In this document: positions 62,671 through 64,000 of the stretch, piece after piece
Layout of the letters: the number at the start of each line of letters is the position of its first letter
Position numbering within the stretch: position 1 is the first letter of the stretch
Virus record (IMG/VR): IMGVR_UViG_2806310659_000001
Coordinates: 13,142 to 77,141 of that record
DNA length: 64,000 nucleotides
Strand: one strand, 5' to 3'
From: a virus
Taxonomy: Duplodnaviria > Caudoviricetes
Position numbers and translations under genes: made by a program
Notes under the pieces: model-generated
Seen by the model: only the letters and a program-made list of their open reading frames with translations
Databases searched by the model: none
What the model was told of the DNA's origin: nothing

Positions 62671-63897
62671 TGACCAACGCGCCCAGATTGGACCGGGATT
62701 CTCGCAGACGAGTTCCTCGATCGCCCTCGCGCGCGCACTCCGACGCAGTTGTGCCCGGATCTGCCCCAACTCTTCCGTCAGCGTATCGGTGGCGACCTTC
62801 ACCTGTACGGGCGTCATCAAGTCCCGCGCCCACTCCAGGCCGAGTTGCCTGATCTTCTCTTCGAGTACCTTCTCGCGCTCGACAAGCTCGACCACGTCCT
62901 CCCTGGACCGGTCAATGAGCAACTCCTTGGCCTCATCGGTGGCCATGAACCCGAGGATGAGCTTGATCGCCAGATTGTCTATTGGCGCCATCTGTCGGGA
63001 CACCCCACCGCAGTGCTTGCACTTGTAGACATAGTGAAGATTGAAAGCCGCACCGACCGCCTTGGAACATTTCCCACAAAGCAGAATGCCGCTGAGGAGA
63101 TGCTTCCTTGCCGGCGGGGCGAGTTGCCGTCCCGGCGCTGTCAGGATTGCGTGCGCCGACTGCCACAGTTCTTCGTCGACTATCGGCTCCCATTGCGCCG
63201 GTCCGACAACGTCACCGCCGTACGTCCGAAGGCCGGCATACCGGGGCTTGACCAACATCTGTCTTACCGTGTGGCCCGCCCAGGTGTTGCCATCGGTGGT
63301 CTTGACCCCGTCCTCGTTCCACCGTTTGGCGATCGAGTAGAGGCTTTCGCCGGCGAGCACCGATCGGTATGCCTCGCGGACAAGTTTCGCTTCTTCGGGG
63401 TGCGGCGCTAGTGCTCCGTCGAGGTATCCGAATGGCCTCTTGCCACCGATCCATCTTCCCTGTTTCGCCGCCTGCTTTGCGGCCGACTTCTGGCGCGCAC
63501 TCTTGCGTCGCATTTCCCCCTCGGCGACGGAGGCGAGGATGCCGGCCGCCGTCCTTCCGCCATCGGTGGAAGTGTCGATCCCGTCCGCGGTGGTGATGAT
63601 CGCAACGCCGGTCTGGTCGCACACCTCCAGGAGGGAAACGAACTCGGAGAGCTTCCTCAGTAGTCGGTCCATGTGGCGGGCCACAATGACATCGAACTCG
63701 TCGAGCCGGGACAGCATTTTGTTGAACTGGGGCCGTGGCTTGTTCTTGGTCGCCGACACGTCGTTGTCCGGGAACTCGTCGATGACCGTCCAGCCGCGGG
63801 CCTCGATATAGCGGAGAACGTCCTCACGCTGGCGCTCGATACCCCACTGTTGACCTTGGGTATCTTCACTCTGGCGGAGATAGACGGCAGCGCGCAT
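62551..63897 (-). CDS. int: large serine integrase
   Basis: RAAVYLRQS catalytic motif, DRLLR, RPFGY, LLSGILLCGKC..YKC Zn ribbon, coiled coil. Confidence 0.95.
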   Translation of the reverse strand: MRAAVYLRQSEDTQGQQWGIERQREDVLRYIEARGWTVIDEFPDNDVSATKNKPRPQFNKMLSRLDEFDVIVARHMDRLLRKLSEFVSLLEVCDQTGVAIITTADGIDTSTDGGRTAAGILASVAEGEMRRKSARQKSAAKQAAKQGRWIGGKRPFGYLDGALAPHPEEAKLVREAYRSVLAGESLYSIAKRWNEDGVKTTDGNTWAGHTVRQMLVKPRYAGLRTYGGDVVGPAQWEPIVDEELWQSAHAILTAPGRQLAPPARKHLLSGILLCGKCSKAVGAAFNLHYVYKCKHCGGVSRQMAPIDNLAIKLILGFMATDEAKELLIDRSREDVVELVEREKVLEEKIRQLGLEWARDLMTPVQVKVATDTLTEELGQIRAQLRRSARARAIEELVCENPGPIWARWSLDRRRLAIREIVELTLLPGRKGMTFKPEHLAYRWLVAED

Positions 63898-63900
63898 GTG

Positions 63901-63950
63901 GTGTACCCTACACCAAACAGCGGGTTCCGGAAAATGCGGTTAGGGCATAC
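63901..63950. other. candidate att site for the serine integrase
   Basis: Imperfect 50-bp dyad centred on TT at 63925-63926 (CCCTA...GG TT CC...TAGGG), directly upstream of the int start. Confidence 0.55.
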
Positions 63951-64000
63951 CTAACAAATGCGCTGTTTTGCCTAGATAGAGGATTGCATTGCTGCGACAA

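Noticed and set aside
61748-62833. 361-aa minus-strand ORF
   Set aside because: Arg/Pro-rich shadow overlapping int and the membrane gene; no motifs

Overview
The whole window is one temperate siphovirus genome of actinobacteriophage (most likely mycobacteriophage) type, read mostly on the minus strand. It is continuous across the probable cos junction, so it is a prophage or a circularly permuted assembly. 1-22762 (-): virion genes (minor tails, tape measure with Rpf and NlpC/P60-like domains, frameshifted tail chaperone, major tail, head-tail joining, capsid, scaffold, portal, terminases, beta-helix protein). About 22845: candidate cos. 23075-29460 (+): a divergent, compositionally distinct cluster of small genes with its own promoters and a repeated start-associated motif. 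29470-60650 (-): early/middle lytic arm (HNH, exonucleases, ClpP, RNA ligase, PNKP, split primase/helicase, NARP1-like NAD+ reconstitution pair, WhiB, resolvase, esterase, Cro). 60915-64000: repressor, membrane protein, phiRv1-type RDF, serine integrase and att site. The most striking signal is a ~1.15 kb non-coding block (35155-36303, -). It holds a ~780-nt highly structured GOLLD-like RNA followed directly by an 82-nt tmRNA tRNA-like domain with no mRNA-like domain, then further stem-loops. Four genes appear to use non-canonical starts (ATT, ATC, CTG, CTG). All family calls come from motif recognition by eye; no searches were run.
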